NCBI RefSeq assembly: GCF_036971445.1 | Contig: NC_091476.1 | Location: 141,918,001 to 141,982,000 of the forward strand | Direction: 5' to 3' | Origin: Narcine bancroftii | Lineage: Eukaryota | DNA: 64,000 nucleotides | Shown: positions 39,350 to 49,955 of the stretch, piece by piece | How positions within the stretch are numbered: the first letter of the stretch is position 1 | Layout: every line of letters starts with the position of its first letter | The notes under the pieces: generated by a model | Told to the model about the DNA's origin: nothing | Databases searched by the model: none | The model's input: only the letters and a program-made list of their open reading frames with translations | Translations under genes and position numbers: made by a program

Positions 39350-39600
39350 TAAAAAATTGAGGGACACAGCAAGGAAACAGACCCTTCCAACCCACATTCC
39401 TTCAGCACCCAAATACACCCATGTGACTAATCAACCTACCCATTCTGTACATCATTGGAATGTGGGTGGAAACCGGCACACACGGAGTAAACCCACGCAG
39501 ACATAGTGAAGAACATATAAACTCCTTCCAGACAGCAGCGGATTCAAACTTGGGTCGCTGGCACTGTAACAGAGTTGTGTGAACTTTGCCACCTGAGGTT
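39350..39600 (-). mobile_element. V-SINE
   Basis: GGAAACCGGCA..AAACCCACGCAGAC..AACTCCTTCCAGACAGC..GGATTCAAAC. Confidence 0.8.
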
Positions 39601-39699
39601 CCATGTCCTGCATTCCCAGTCATTCCAAATCTAATTTAATATAATTTGTTTTGTTCAATAAGACAACATTTATTTGGCATTTCCCGCTCATCATAACCA

Positions 39700-42350
39700 C
39701 CAAGTTGTCCATTTGAATGCTGGGATCTATTTCAAGAGGAATAGAATATGAGTTAGGGATGTGATGTTGAGGCTTTATAAGGCACTAGTGAGACCTCACT
39801 TGGAGCCTTGAAAGCAGTTTTGGGCTCTTCATTTAAGAAAGGCTGTGCTGACATTGGAAAGGGTTTCGAGTAAGTTCATTAGGATGATTCCAGGAAAGAA
39901 AGGATTATCAAATGAGAAATGTATAATGGCTCTTGTACTCATTGGAATTTAGGAGAATGAGAGTGGATCTCATTGAAACATTTAAAATGTTGAAAAGCTT
40001 CAGCAGAGAATCAGGATTTATTGTCATGAACAAGTCATGAAATTCAGTGTTTTGCAGAAGCATCACAGAGCAAACGTTCATATTATAACCATCTTAAAAC
40101 ATTACTATGATTTTAAAAATAAAGCACGAAAAGTAAGGCAGTATCTTTGGTTCATTGATCATTCAGGAATCTGATGGCAGTGGGGAAGAAGCTGTCCTTA
40201 TGCAGCTGAGTGCTCGTCTTCAGGCCTCTGCACCTTTTTTCCCAAAGGTAGCGGAATGAAGAGGGTGGTAGGGTCTTTGAAGATAAGGGATTTTTTAAAA
40301 GTCATCACCCCATGTGGATGTCCACGATTGAGTGATGTCGCAGGCCAAGTGAATAACCCTCTGGAATTTATTCTTGTCCTGAGAGTTGAGGCCTCCATAT
40401 CAGGCACTGATGCAACCAGCCAGAATGCTCTCCGTGGTACACATGTAGATGCTTCCGAGAGTTTTCGGTGACATACCAAATCTCTTCAGACACCTCACGA
40501 AGTATAGCCATTGGCGAGCCTTCTTTGTGCTTGCATCAACATGGAGGCTCCATGACAGCTCCTTGGAGATGTTGACACCCAGAAATTTGAAGTTCTTGCT
40601 CTCTCCTCTACTGATTCCTCGATGAGGGCTGGTCCATGTTCCCCTGACTTTCTTCTGAAGTCCACAATCATCGCTTTGGTTTTGCTAACATTGACTGCAA
40701 GGTTATTGTCGTTACACCATTCAGCGAACTGATCCATCTCCTTCCTGGACCCTTCCTCAGTGCTGTTTGTGATTCTGCCGACAACTGTGGTGTCATCAAC
40801 AAACTTGTAGATAGCATTGGAATTGTGCTTGGCCACACAGAAATGGGTGTATAATGAGTAGAGCAGTGGGCTAAGCACACATCCATTGGGATGTTGTTTC
40901 CAATATGGGCTGAGTGTGGCATAGACTGATCCATGCAGGTCTTGATGAAGTCGGTGACACCTGTTGCATATTCATTCAAGTCTATGGATGAGTTCTTGAG
41001 TATGTTCTAGCCCACCGATTAAAAGCAGACCTGCAGATGCTCCTCTGCCTCCCTTGACCATACTTTCGCCATCTTTTTGCTGTAGTCCTCAGTGAGTAGA
41101 AGTACAGCCAGGTGATCAGATTTGCCGAAGTGCGGTTGTGGTATGGCTCAGTATGCGTTCTTCATGGTGGTCGAGTGTGTTGGTTCCCCTGGTCTCGTAG
41201 CTGACGTGTTGGTGGCAGTTTGTCAGAGACTTCTTCAGGTTGGCCTGATTGAAGTCTCCCACGATAATCGGGAAAGCATCAGGATGTGCTGTCTCATGGC
41301 TGTTAATCACAGACCCTCCAGTGCCAGCCTGATGTTAGCCTGGGGTGGAATATATACTGCGACCAAGGTAGTTGTGGTGAACTCCCTCAGCAGTAGAATG
41401 GGCGGCACTTGAACGCCAGATGTTCCAGGAGCAGGACTGGGACATGACTGTCATGTCTGTGCACCACAATGATTTGATGATGACACAAATGCCGCCTCCC
41501 CTAGTTTTTCCAGACACTAGTGTTCGGTCAGCATAATGGAGGGTGTAGCCCTTGGGCTGCAGCACCATGGCCAGAATGTCCACGTTTAGCTACGTTTCCA
41601 TAAAGCACATCACGCAGTACACCCTGATGCCTCTCTGATGTTGAATTCTGGCTTGGAGCTTATCAAGTTTGTTCGCCAAGGTTTGTACTTTGGCCAGGAG
41701 GATAGTAGGGAGCAGAAGCCTCAGGGGCTGTAGTCTCAATTTGACCTGAACCACTCCCCACCCAAATCTGTGTCCAAGTGGTCGGGTCTTGTTTACCTGG
41801 CCCATCAGTCCATTGCTGGTAGTTCCTGGGTGTTTAAATGGCCCGTGTGCTTTAAATCACACATGATGTTTAAACGTACTGAACATCTGCTGTTTGCAAC
41901 TCCTTTCAAGTTCCAATGCCCCGATCGCTGACTGTTTAAAGCTCCCGCGGAGGTGTACTTGCCTGAGCGCTGAATGTTTAAAGGTCCCACAGCCTGACGG
42001 AGACTGCCTGAATAGATGAAAAAAGGTCATTTCCAATGGTGGGAGAGTCCAGGACAAGAGGGAACAACTTCAGGATTGAAGGGTGTCGCTTAGCACTTGT
42101 TCAAGAATTTCTTCAACCATAGAGAGACAAATCTGGAATCTGGAATCAGGCAGGTATGGAGGTCAGGTCATTGGGTGTATTAAGTCAGAGATTAATAGTT
42201 TCTTGATTAGCCAAGACATCAAAGGATAGGGGGAGAAGGCCAGGCAGTGGGGGTGAATGGAAAAGTGGATCAGCCCATGATTAAATGTTGAGGCAAACTT
42301 GATGGGCTGAATAGCCTCTTTCTGCTCTTATGTCTTATGGTCTTATAGTC
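39700..42350 (+). mobile_element. CR1-like LINE 3' part (39700-40007, 42010-42350) split by a Rex1/Babar insertion
   Basis: LVRPHLE-type segment GTGAGACCTCACTTGGAG; resumes after 42010 and ends in a TCTTATG repeat tail. Confidence 0.8.
40008..42005 (-). mobile_element. Rex1/Babar-clade LINE, both ends largely present, internally deleted and frameshifted
   Basis: APE: ILLAKVQTLANKLD..CFMET, KTRGGGIC, IVGDFNQ..TRGTNTLDH; RT: LSPLLYSLYT..KFVDDTTVVG..NVSKTKAMIVDFR; GATTCT tail. Confidence 0.9.
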
Positions 42351-42379
42351 TTAAAAAGAATGGTTTAAGAATACACAGG

Positions 42380-42817
42380 TGTCAGTCTGTTGGTGACTCA
42401 AGGCGAGGAACCCACGCAGGTTGAGGGCAGCTGGTGGCTACAGCCAAGGGACTCTCACCAAGCTGCAGACTGCTGGAGTTGAGTTTCAGACTGGCTGAAA
42501 GGGTACCAGGTATCGGAACTGAGATGTGAGAGAGCACTGATGGCTTGCTGATCGGGACGGAGGTTTCGATGTAGAGCTCGGATTGCCAGTGGTTTGGACT
42601 AAAGTCTGTTGGGCTGCGGAGGCCATGGAGCACTGGAGGCGAATCCACAGACACTCGATGACTCTGAGGGGACTCTCTTATGCTTCCCTTTATAAGGGGT
42701 TCTGGGCAATTTTTGCTGAAAGCGAATCTTTGTCTGCCTTATGGTAGAGTAAAGGAAATTTCATGTAATATCACATTTTCTGTTTTTTTACCTGACAATA
42801 AAAGAATCTTGAATCTT
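42380..42817 (+). mobile_element. Non-coding retroposon family, copy 4 (5'-truncated)
   Basis: GAATCCACAGACACTCGATGACTCTGAGGGGACTCTC..TGACAATAAAAGAATCTTGAATCTTG; reverse complement matches copies 1-3. Confidence 0.7.
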
Positions 42818-43655
42818 GTAATACATTTATATAATTCTGACTAAGATTTACGTTGTTCATTCAAGGAGTTCCTTTCTTCTGGAATGTGAACAAGTAGGGA
42901 AGGATTCAGCATCACTGGTTGCCACAGACTCCCTCCCTGCCCCCTTCCCTCTCACACATTAGTCAGCATGGTGCACCAGCAGTGGCCACTCAGTGGGACT
43001 GCTGGTGTAGGATTGGAATGTGGAAAGGGCATCGATAAAGTGGGCTGCTTGGCCTCAGACATCTCCAACTCATTGAATGTGGTCAGTGAGGCCATCTTCT
43101 CTCTGATCCACATGATTCTCCATTATAAAAATTATCCATCATTATTTCATATTAAATGTATCTGAACATCACGCTCTTCAGTAAAATAAGTGACCTCTTT
43201 AGGAGGGTTATCTCCATTTTTGCAGCGTTGCTGGGGTAGGTAATGAGTACTAGATTTCAGAATTGCCCATTAAACACTTAGTTATGGATGTTTGTCTCTG
43301 TTAATGGAAGTCCATGACTTATTCCCTCTTCGCTGTTGGGGGCCTCCCAACTTGAATGTTAACGAACTTCACTTTACAGTGGTAACTCACTCAGGTACAC
43401 GGAGAAAACCAAAGCAAAAACATTTGTTGAATCTTTCACACTGAGCTGCAGCCACTGGTTCGGTCTTGTGCATTTTTCTCTGAAATCACTTGAAATTGTC
43501 AGAGAGGCCCAAATAACACCTGTTTTCAATGATAATGGGTTGCAGCACGAGGGAGTTTTCGGGCAGGCTCTCTTCCTGGAACAGCGAGCTCCAAAAACTC
43601 TGTTGGCTGCTGGGGTTAGCTCACGCTGTTGCAGATGGATTTTTTTTTTCTCCAG

Positions 43656-43917
43656 CAGCACAAATCTTCACGACGTGTGCTGTTTTTACAAGGTGCCTCG
43701 TACGTTTAAAATCAGTGTCGGGGACCTTGTTCGATAGCATACTTGGGATAATAGCAACACAAGCACGTTGGATCCAAGTGCAGCCAAGGCTTCGCGACCC
43801 TCAACAGGCAGCAATACTATCTGCCACCTCTCCGGAAGGAGGCAGCGATGTCCAAATGTTCCAGTCAAAGCAAGCTCCTTGCACAGACTGCTGAACCTGA
43901 GGATTGGTCTGAATGCT
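43656..43917 (+). other. Candidate exon: 5' UTR plus ATG at 43848 (MSKCSSQSKLLAQTAEPEDWSEC, phase 1)
   Basis: Polypyrimidine T10-CTCCAG(CAG) acceptor and GCT|GTGAGT donor in a TE-free, CpG-retaining island; product not recognised. Confidence 0.25.
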
Positions 43918-44927
43918 GTGAGTTCCCTTGCACCATTGGCAGCCAAGGACCAAATGAAATGGTCAGTATTCCCACTCACTGTGGAAAGAAATGTGGTTAG
44001 ATTTGCTGTACCTTCACTTTAAGAAAGAAACAGTTAAATAACTTATTAAATCGTTATTTAACTTTAGCATGCTTCAGTGAAATCATCTGGGGATATGATG
44101 ATTGCATTTTGAACAAGAATCCTCAGATTTGCTGAAGGTTTCATATTTTATTTTCTGTGAAGGGCTGGCTTTGTGAAGGACAAACATTTTCTGAACAAAA
44201 TATATTAACAAAGCAATCTGTTGTGTCCCTGTGATGGATAAAGTGACAACATATTTGCTTGTTCTTGGTCACGGAAGGCTAAATTAATACAGAGGCATTG
44301 AAATAATTGTCCTCTTTCATTTGCTGTAAAGCACAGCGACCTATATTGAAAACTGAAATGTTCGATCCAGTGAGTTTTGTACCCTGGTGTTTGTCTGCTT
44401 TAAGCTCTTTTGTTGTTGATCTATTCTGTTGAAAAAAAGACTAGCTTTTTGAAATGTTTAATTATAACGTATATTTTAAAAGAAAAGAATTATAAGCAGT
44501 AAGAACTGTATTCCGATGATTTACAGCAATGGATTTCATCTGTTATTATATGAAAGGATCTTTGCAAATGCAGACTTATTCTGTGTGCACTTTGCCCCAC
44601 CTTTCAACACAACAAAAAGTAAATTGGAAAAGGTGCTTTCAGCACGGAAGGTATTTGGATTGATTCTCAAGCCACATAAATAGAAGGTTTGGTGACGTAT
44701 AAAATATAGACAATTTCTAAGTCTGATCAAAGATCAGGTGATCTTCCAGCTCCCCTTCCAATCCTCACTGGAATCACAGACCCAGATTCCAAAATGGATT
44801 AAAGTACTGCAGATGCAGGAAATCCGAAACAGTCTGGCAGCGATTGTGGAGAGAGAAACACAGTCTGTGGTTCAGTTCTCACCTGAGGTGCTGACTTGGT
44901 GTCTTTTTCCAATGTGCAGCCTGACTT

Positions 44928-45122
44928 TCAGAATCAGGCTCATTGTCATGAACATGTGTCACAAAATTTGTTGTTTTGTGGCAGCGGTACTGTGCAGAAC
45001 AAGGTGCCAAATTGCTGTGTTACAATTCTGTAAATACATGAGACAAAAACAATAAATAGTTGGTGCAAAAAGAGAGAAAAAGTGTAGTGTCCACGGGTTC
45101 ATTGTCTATTGAGAAATCTGAG
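44928..45122 (-). mobile_element. Rex1/Babar-like LINE tail
   Basis: TCAGAATCAGGCTCATTGTCATGAAC..GTTTTGTGGCAGC..GTTCATTG. Confidence 0.7.
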
Positions 45123-45323
45123 TGTTTCCAGCATATTCTGCATTTATACCAGAGATACTGTTCCAATGTTATTTGTTTGATGAGTAGAAGATTGCTGTTG
45201 AGGAAAGTCTGAAATAATTGAGGGTGCAAAAATACTTAGTTGTTTGGGAAGCAGCCATGGAGAGAAAACAATGTTAACATTAGAGTTTGAAGAATCTTCA
45301 TTGGAACTAGTCAGCACTGGGAG

Positions 45324-45545
45324 GAGTAAAACTCAAAAGTCTGCAGACAGCGCGACTGAAGTAAAAACACAAGCTGCAGAAAATAAACAGTGCAGTTTAT
45401 AGAGCAAAGATAAAGATGCATAACCAAAGTTTCAGGCTTGAGCCCTTCATCAAGGTTCCTTGATGAAGCCTGAAATATTGGTTATGTATCTTTATCTTTG
45501 CTCTATAAACTACACTGTTATACCTCCAGCATTGTGTTTTTACAA
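45324..45545. mobile_element. Palindromic Penelope pLTR pair nested in an older minus-strand PLE (~45235-45900)
   Basis: Arms 45386-45455 and 45458-45519 are reverse complements around TTCATCAAGG-TT-CCTTGATGAA; the flanking 45550-45900 reads as a reverse GIY-YIG remnant. Confidence 0.8.
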
Positions 45546-46071
45546 AATGGAAAGGCTGGTTATCTGAATTCCTGAATTACACGTTGAAGGCTGTGACATG
45601 CCCAGTGAGAAGATGAGGTGATGTGATTTAAATGAATATTGGGACAGTATAAGGGATTAGACTGGATGTGGGCTGTAGAATTAAAGTGGCATGCAATTTG
45701 AAGTTCAGGGTCATTCCTGTGAACTGAAAGAAGGTGCTATGCTACGTGGGCAGTCAAATGGCACTTAGTTACTCTAGCTTAGATAAAAGCATGCCCTGGC
45801 CATGCAGTCAACGGAATTTTGGAAGAGGTGCACATGAATCACCACTTCACCTGTAGCAAGAAGGGAAGTGGTAAGAGGGCAAGCGGTTGAACAGGAAGGT
45901 CAGAGAACCAACCTTTTGAGTTTGTGTCAGAGCTAATCAGTTCTGGTTATCATTCTGTGATGTTAGCTCCAAATTCTCTCTCTACAGATGTTATTTGACT
46001 TGCTGAGTCTTTAAAGAACAATATATGAAAGGCTGGAGGAACTCACCAGATCAGACAGTTAACAAAAGACT

Positions 46072-46105
46072 GTCAACATTTCAGGCCAAAGCCCTTCGTC
46101 AGGAA
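46072..46105 (-). ncRNA. Hammerhead-like motif with canonical C3 core (second PLE family)
   Basis: Minus strand TTC-CTGACGA-AGGGCTTTGGCCT-GAAA-TGTTGAC. Confidence 0.45.
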
Positions 46106-46574
46106 ATGTTTACCTGTTGAGAATGCCCATCTTTCTGATGCCTTATTGAGATTTCTACTTACTGCGGAGTTTGTTTACACCACACCTTCATTAACCCCTT
46201 TCTGTTCATACCTCCATCAGTCAGAGCAGCTGCAGGAAGGAGCCTCCCTCAGCTGGCAGTGCTGCCATCAGGCAATCAGTCACTCGTATTACTCACAGTC
46301 CCTCTATTCTCTCCTCACCTCATTCTTCCACTGCAACTTAAGACATGTTTGATTCCTAACTTTCCCTCATTAAGTTTGAGGGGCCATTCACCTGAAACGT
46401 TAGCTCTTAGTCCCTCTGTGTGGATATTGCCCGACCCATTGAGTATCTCCAGCATTTACTATTCATATTACAATCTTACCTATCTTTTCTGTTTGCTTTA
46501 TGTGATGAACATTTTCTCCCCTTTTTATAAGCCAGGGCTTTAGCTTGACTTGAAAGTAGGTAGACATTTTTAAT

Positions 46575-47110
46575 AGGGACAGATCAAAGAATGCTGGAGG
46601 AACTCAGCAGATCACACAACATATTTTATATAGTGAAGGTACATAAATTATGTTTTGGCCCTGAGACTTTCATCAAGGTAATGGGGTGAGAGGCAGTGAA
46701 GAGCACAGGCCCAGAAACACTAGGTCATAGGTGGATATGGGTGGGAGGGCATGAAGGAGAGTGATGGGGGAATGGGGGAGGGGGAAGGAAGTAAGGGGTT
46801 GGAGAAGACAGAGAGAGGGAGGGGAGGGATGTTGCAGGCTGGGGAGGCTGGAGGGAGACAGAGGCAGGCAAGAGAGGTCAGAGGGTGGAGGTGGCAGGCA
46901 GGAGAGGTCAGGGAGAGTTGGGGGGGCAGAGATGAGAGAGTCTGAGGGCCAGTGGGAAGAAAGGGGGTGCTCAGAGGAGTAGATGGGTGGTGAGCAAGGA
47001 GAGAGGTAAGGGGATGGGGAAGGGTAAGGTAGATATTGTAATTCTAGATTAGCTGTGATCAAGTTATGGATACTTGATGTCTGTATTCTACCTATTTGCA
47101 ATTGAATTAG
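46575..47110 (-). mobile_element. Penelope-like pLTR with expanded purine/G-rich tract
   Basis: ATGCTGGAGGAACTCAGCAG; reverse ACCTTGATGAAAGTCTCAGGGCCAAAAC; GGAG-rich repeats at 46740-47030. Confidence 0.7.
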
Positions 47111-47513
47111 GGTATAGGTCAATACAACCAGTGCTGACGGGAGAAATGTTGACCCCCCCCCCCCCCCCCCGCCCCCTGTCTTAATCTTACCAGATGGATG
47201 CTTTGAATACCTGAATTATTATTTCACCCTTTGATATCTGTTCTGGTCAGCTATTGAAATATTTAAAATCTCTGGTGTTTTCAATATTAAAGTTAACATT
47301 GGAATTTTAATTAAGCCTGTCGTGGAGTAGTTCAAAAAGTTTCTGTCTACTTCTAGGCAGACTAACAATCGATGTAATTTTAAAATCCATTTAATCGCTC
47401 CACTTAGTTTTTTAAAAGCACTTAATGCTCAATATTAGATGGAACAGCAGTAACCAGCGTCCTGGTCTTTGGCAGATCTATAACACCAGGGTCAAGGTTG
47501 GGTCTGCAACCCT

Positions 47514-47532
47514 GGAAGTTCACGTGACTTCC
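47514..47532. promoter_or_regulatory. Near-palindromic ETS / E-box (CLEAR-like) / ETS motif
   Basis: GGAAGTTCACGTGACTTCC in unique sequence; function unverified. Confidence 0.3.
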
Positions 47533-48339
47533 TGCTTATTGTCGGAGTAAAGTACCCCTCTGTGGTCTGACTGCAGGACAATGGAAGCTGATTTGAAAAG
47601 AGAGCATGGCTTCATCAAAAATGGAAAGGTTTCTCACACGCCTTCACCTTTTTCTGGCACAGAGCAATCGTTCATTGCTATGTGAATGCTGAGGTGAAGC
47701 AGGTTGAACCAAGAAGATTGAGAGGGGACATACGTGATAAGAGTAAAGTGTGTCCCACCAGTGGATGGTTCAAGATCTCGGGGAAACCACCGATTTAAAA
47801 CATGGAGTAAGAAATAAAAGGATGACGTGAGGAAAAAATTTATTCAGTAAGTGTGGGACTCGCTGGTACCAGTCGGGACCTTTAAAAGAAAATCAGATAA
47901 ACACATGAGACTAATGTGTTAGGGGCTAACCAGAAACAATATGGAGACTCTTCCAGGGGAAAAAGATCCACGAGAAGATGGCATAACTTCAATGGGCCAT
48001 ATGGCCTCTAAGCTTGATTCTAGAGCATTGATCCCAAAGTCAACAAAGACAGAGATATTTCTAATATCACGCCTTTCAGAAATGAATGTTCTACATCAAT
48101 AGAGCTAATTCAGTTCATCGTGTGATTTTTTTTCATGTTTTGAATTTCCTTTGACATTCTTACAAGTCTTAAATTTTTACTGAACTGATGAATGTTCCAA
48201 TGTATTCCGTGTAAGAATAGGGGCAGAACACTCTGTGCTTTGATCGTCTCCATCTGAGCAAAATACAGGTTTTAAAGTTTATTATTACCATTAATAGGAA
48301 CATGGTTTAAATCATATCCTTAGAATGTTGCCAAGAAAT

Positions 48340-49955
48340 GGGCACAGGGTCCAGGTGTGCAGGAGATTGCTGCGCTCTGGGTTCTCCATGGGATCTGAAC
48401 ACACTTCCATTATTCCAGTGCAACCATTCGCCCCCTTGGTACCTTCCCCTGTGGCCGCAGGGAGTGCCACTCGTGTGCCCATACCTCTTCCCTCACTACT
48501 ATTCGGAGCCACAAACTGCTCTTCACTTGTGTATTCGTGGGAGTTATCTACTGCATCTGGTGCTCCTACTGTGGCCTTCTCTAAATTGAAGAGACAGTAC
48601 GTAGACTGGGCGATCGCTTGGCTGAGCACCTTTTCTCTGGCCGCATCAGTGGCAGGGACCTTCCAGTGGCCAACCATTTCAACTCAGTGCCCCACTCCAA
48701 TCCTGACATGTCTAACCATGGTCTCATGTACTGTCCAACCAAGACCACTCATAAATTAGAGTAGCCACACATTGTTTCATCTGGGGATTCTCCAACTAGA
48801 TGGCATTAACGTCGATTTCCGGTTTCTGCTCGCCCACTCCCTATTCTCCCTTTCTTCCCCATCCCTATGTCTACTTTCCTCCAGCTCTCCACCTCCTTCC
48901 ATCTCCATTCACAGAGCCATCCCTCTCCCCTATTTGCTGATGTGCCCTCCCTCCCTTATCTACCTATTACCTCCCGTCTTTGCAACTGTGCTCCCCACCA
49001 CTATTGTGTTTGTGTACCTGCCTACATGTTGCTTATACCTTGATGAGGGGCTCAAGCCCAAAAAGTTAGTTATGTATCTTAATTTTTGCTGTACAAAATA
49101 CAGAATAACTCCAATTATCCAAAATGGTTGGGACCAGGACTCTGTCAGATAAACTTTTTTTTCAGAGAACTGGTCGTTTTTTAAAAACAGCCCAGTAGCA
49201 ACAGCTAATTATCTATCAATGTTTAAATAACAACAAACAACAAGGGAAGGCTTTTTTAAACATTAAAATAATGTTTAATTCTCACCAAAATAAACGATGG
49301 CTGCCACCAATCACCGAGCCGAACCCAACATGGCCGCTGATCACCGAGACCACCCACCCACTGCTGCCAATCCCCGACATGAACCCACCACTGCTGGTAA
49401 ACCCGGGGAGGCTTCCAGGGTTGTGGAACACACACTAGCGAGTCGGCAGTCTCCTGTCTACCCAGTCACCGGACCACCCGATGCCAGAGTCCTGCGCTGA
49501 AGTCCCGCATCTGAATCCTCCCCTAACCCTACTGCACATGCACACCAGAGAAGTAGACTGAGGGGAGTCAGCATCGGCGCCTGGTGTGCCGAGGATACGA
49601 GGGAAAGGGAAGGAAATGCCACTGAGCCAGAGGTACTGCTTCTGTCCAGTAGGCCACTCTCCATGATGACACTAGGACAAGGGATTCTTCCAACCACTTG
49701 CAGCTGGGAGACAGTTGCACGCAGTTTGAGAGGGAGAGTTGGAGAGAAAAATCAATAGGGGAAGGTAAAGGAGAAATGGAAATAAAGAGGGGCGGGAGTT
49801 ACCTGAAACAAGGACAAATTCAGATAAATGAGGATTTTAGAGAATCTGATTTCGGATAATTAGAGTTGTCCTGTACACTGTTTGACCTTTTGAGTTTCTC
49901 CAGCATTGTGTTTTCACTTCAACCACTGTGTCTGCAGACTTGTATGTTTTACCTC
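48340..49955 (+). mobile_element. Penelope-like 3' part (GIY-YIG remnant and pLTR) interrupted by a MITE
   Basis: FTCVFVGVIYCIWC..RRLGDRLAEHL..LPVANHFNS..LFHLGILQLDGINVD; hammerhead-like motif at 49034-49074; pLTR resumes at 49874-49955. Confidence 0.87.
49101..49873. mobile_element. Tigger/pogo-like non-autonomous DNA transposon
   Basis: TA|CAGAATAACTCCAATTATCCAAAAT ... ATTTCGGATAATTAGAGTTGTCCTG|TA; internal imperfect ~30-bp GC-rich repeats at 49295-49400. Confidence 0.8.
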
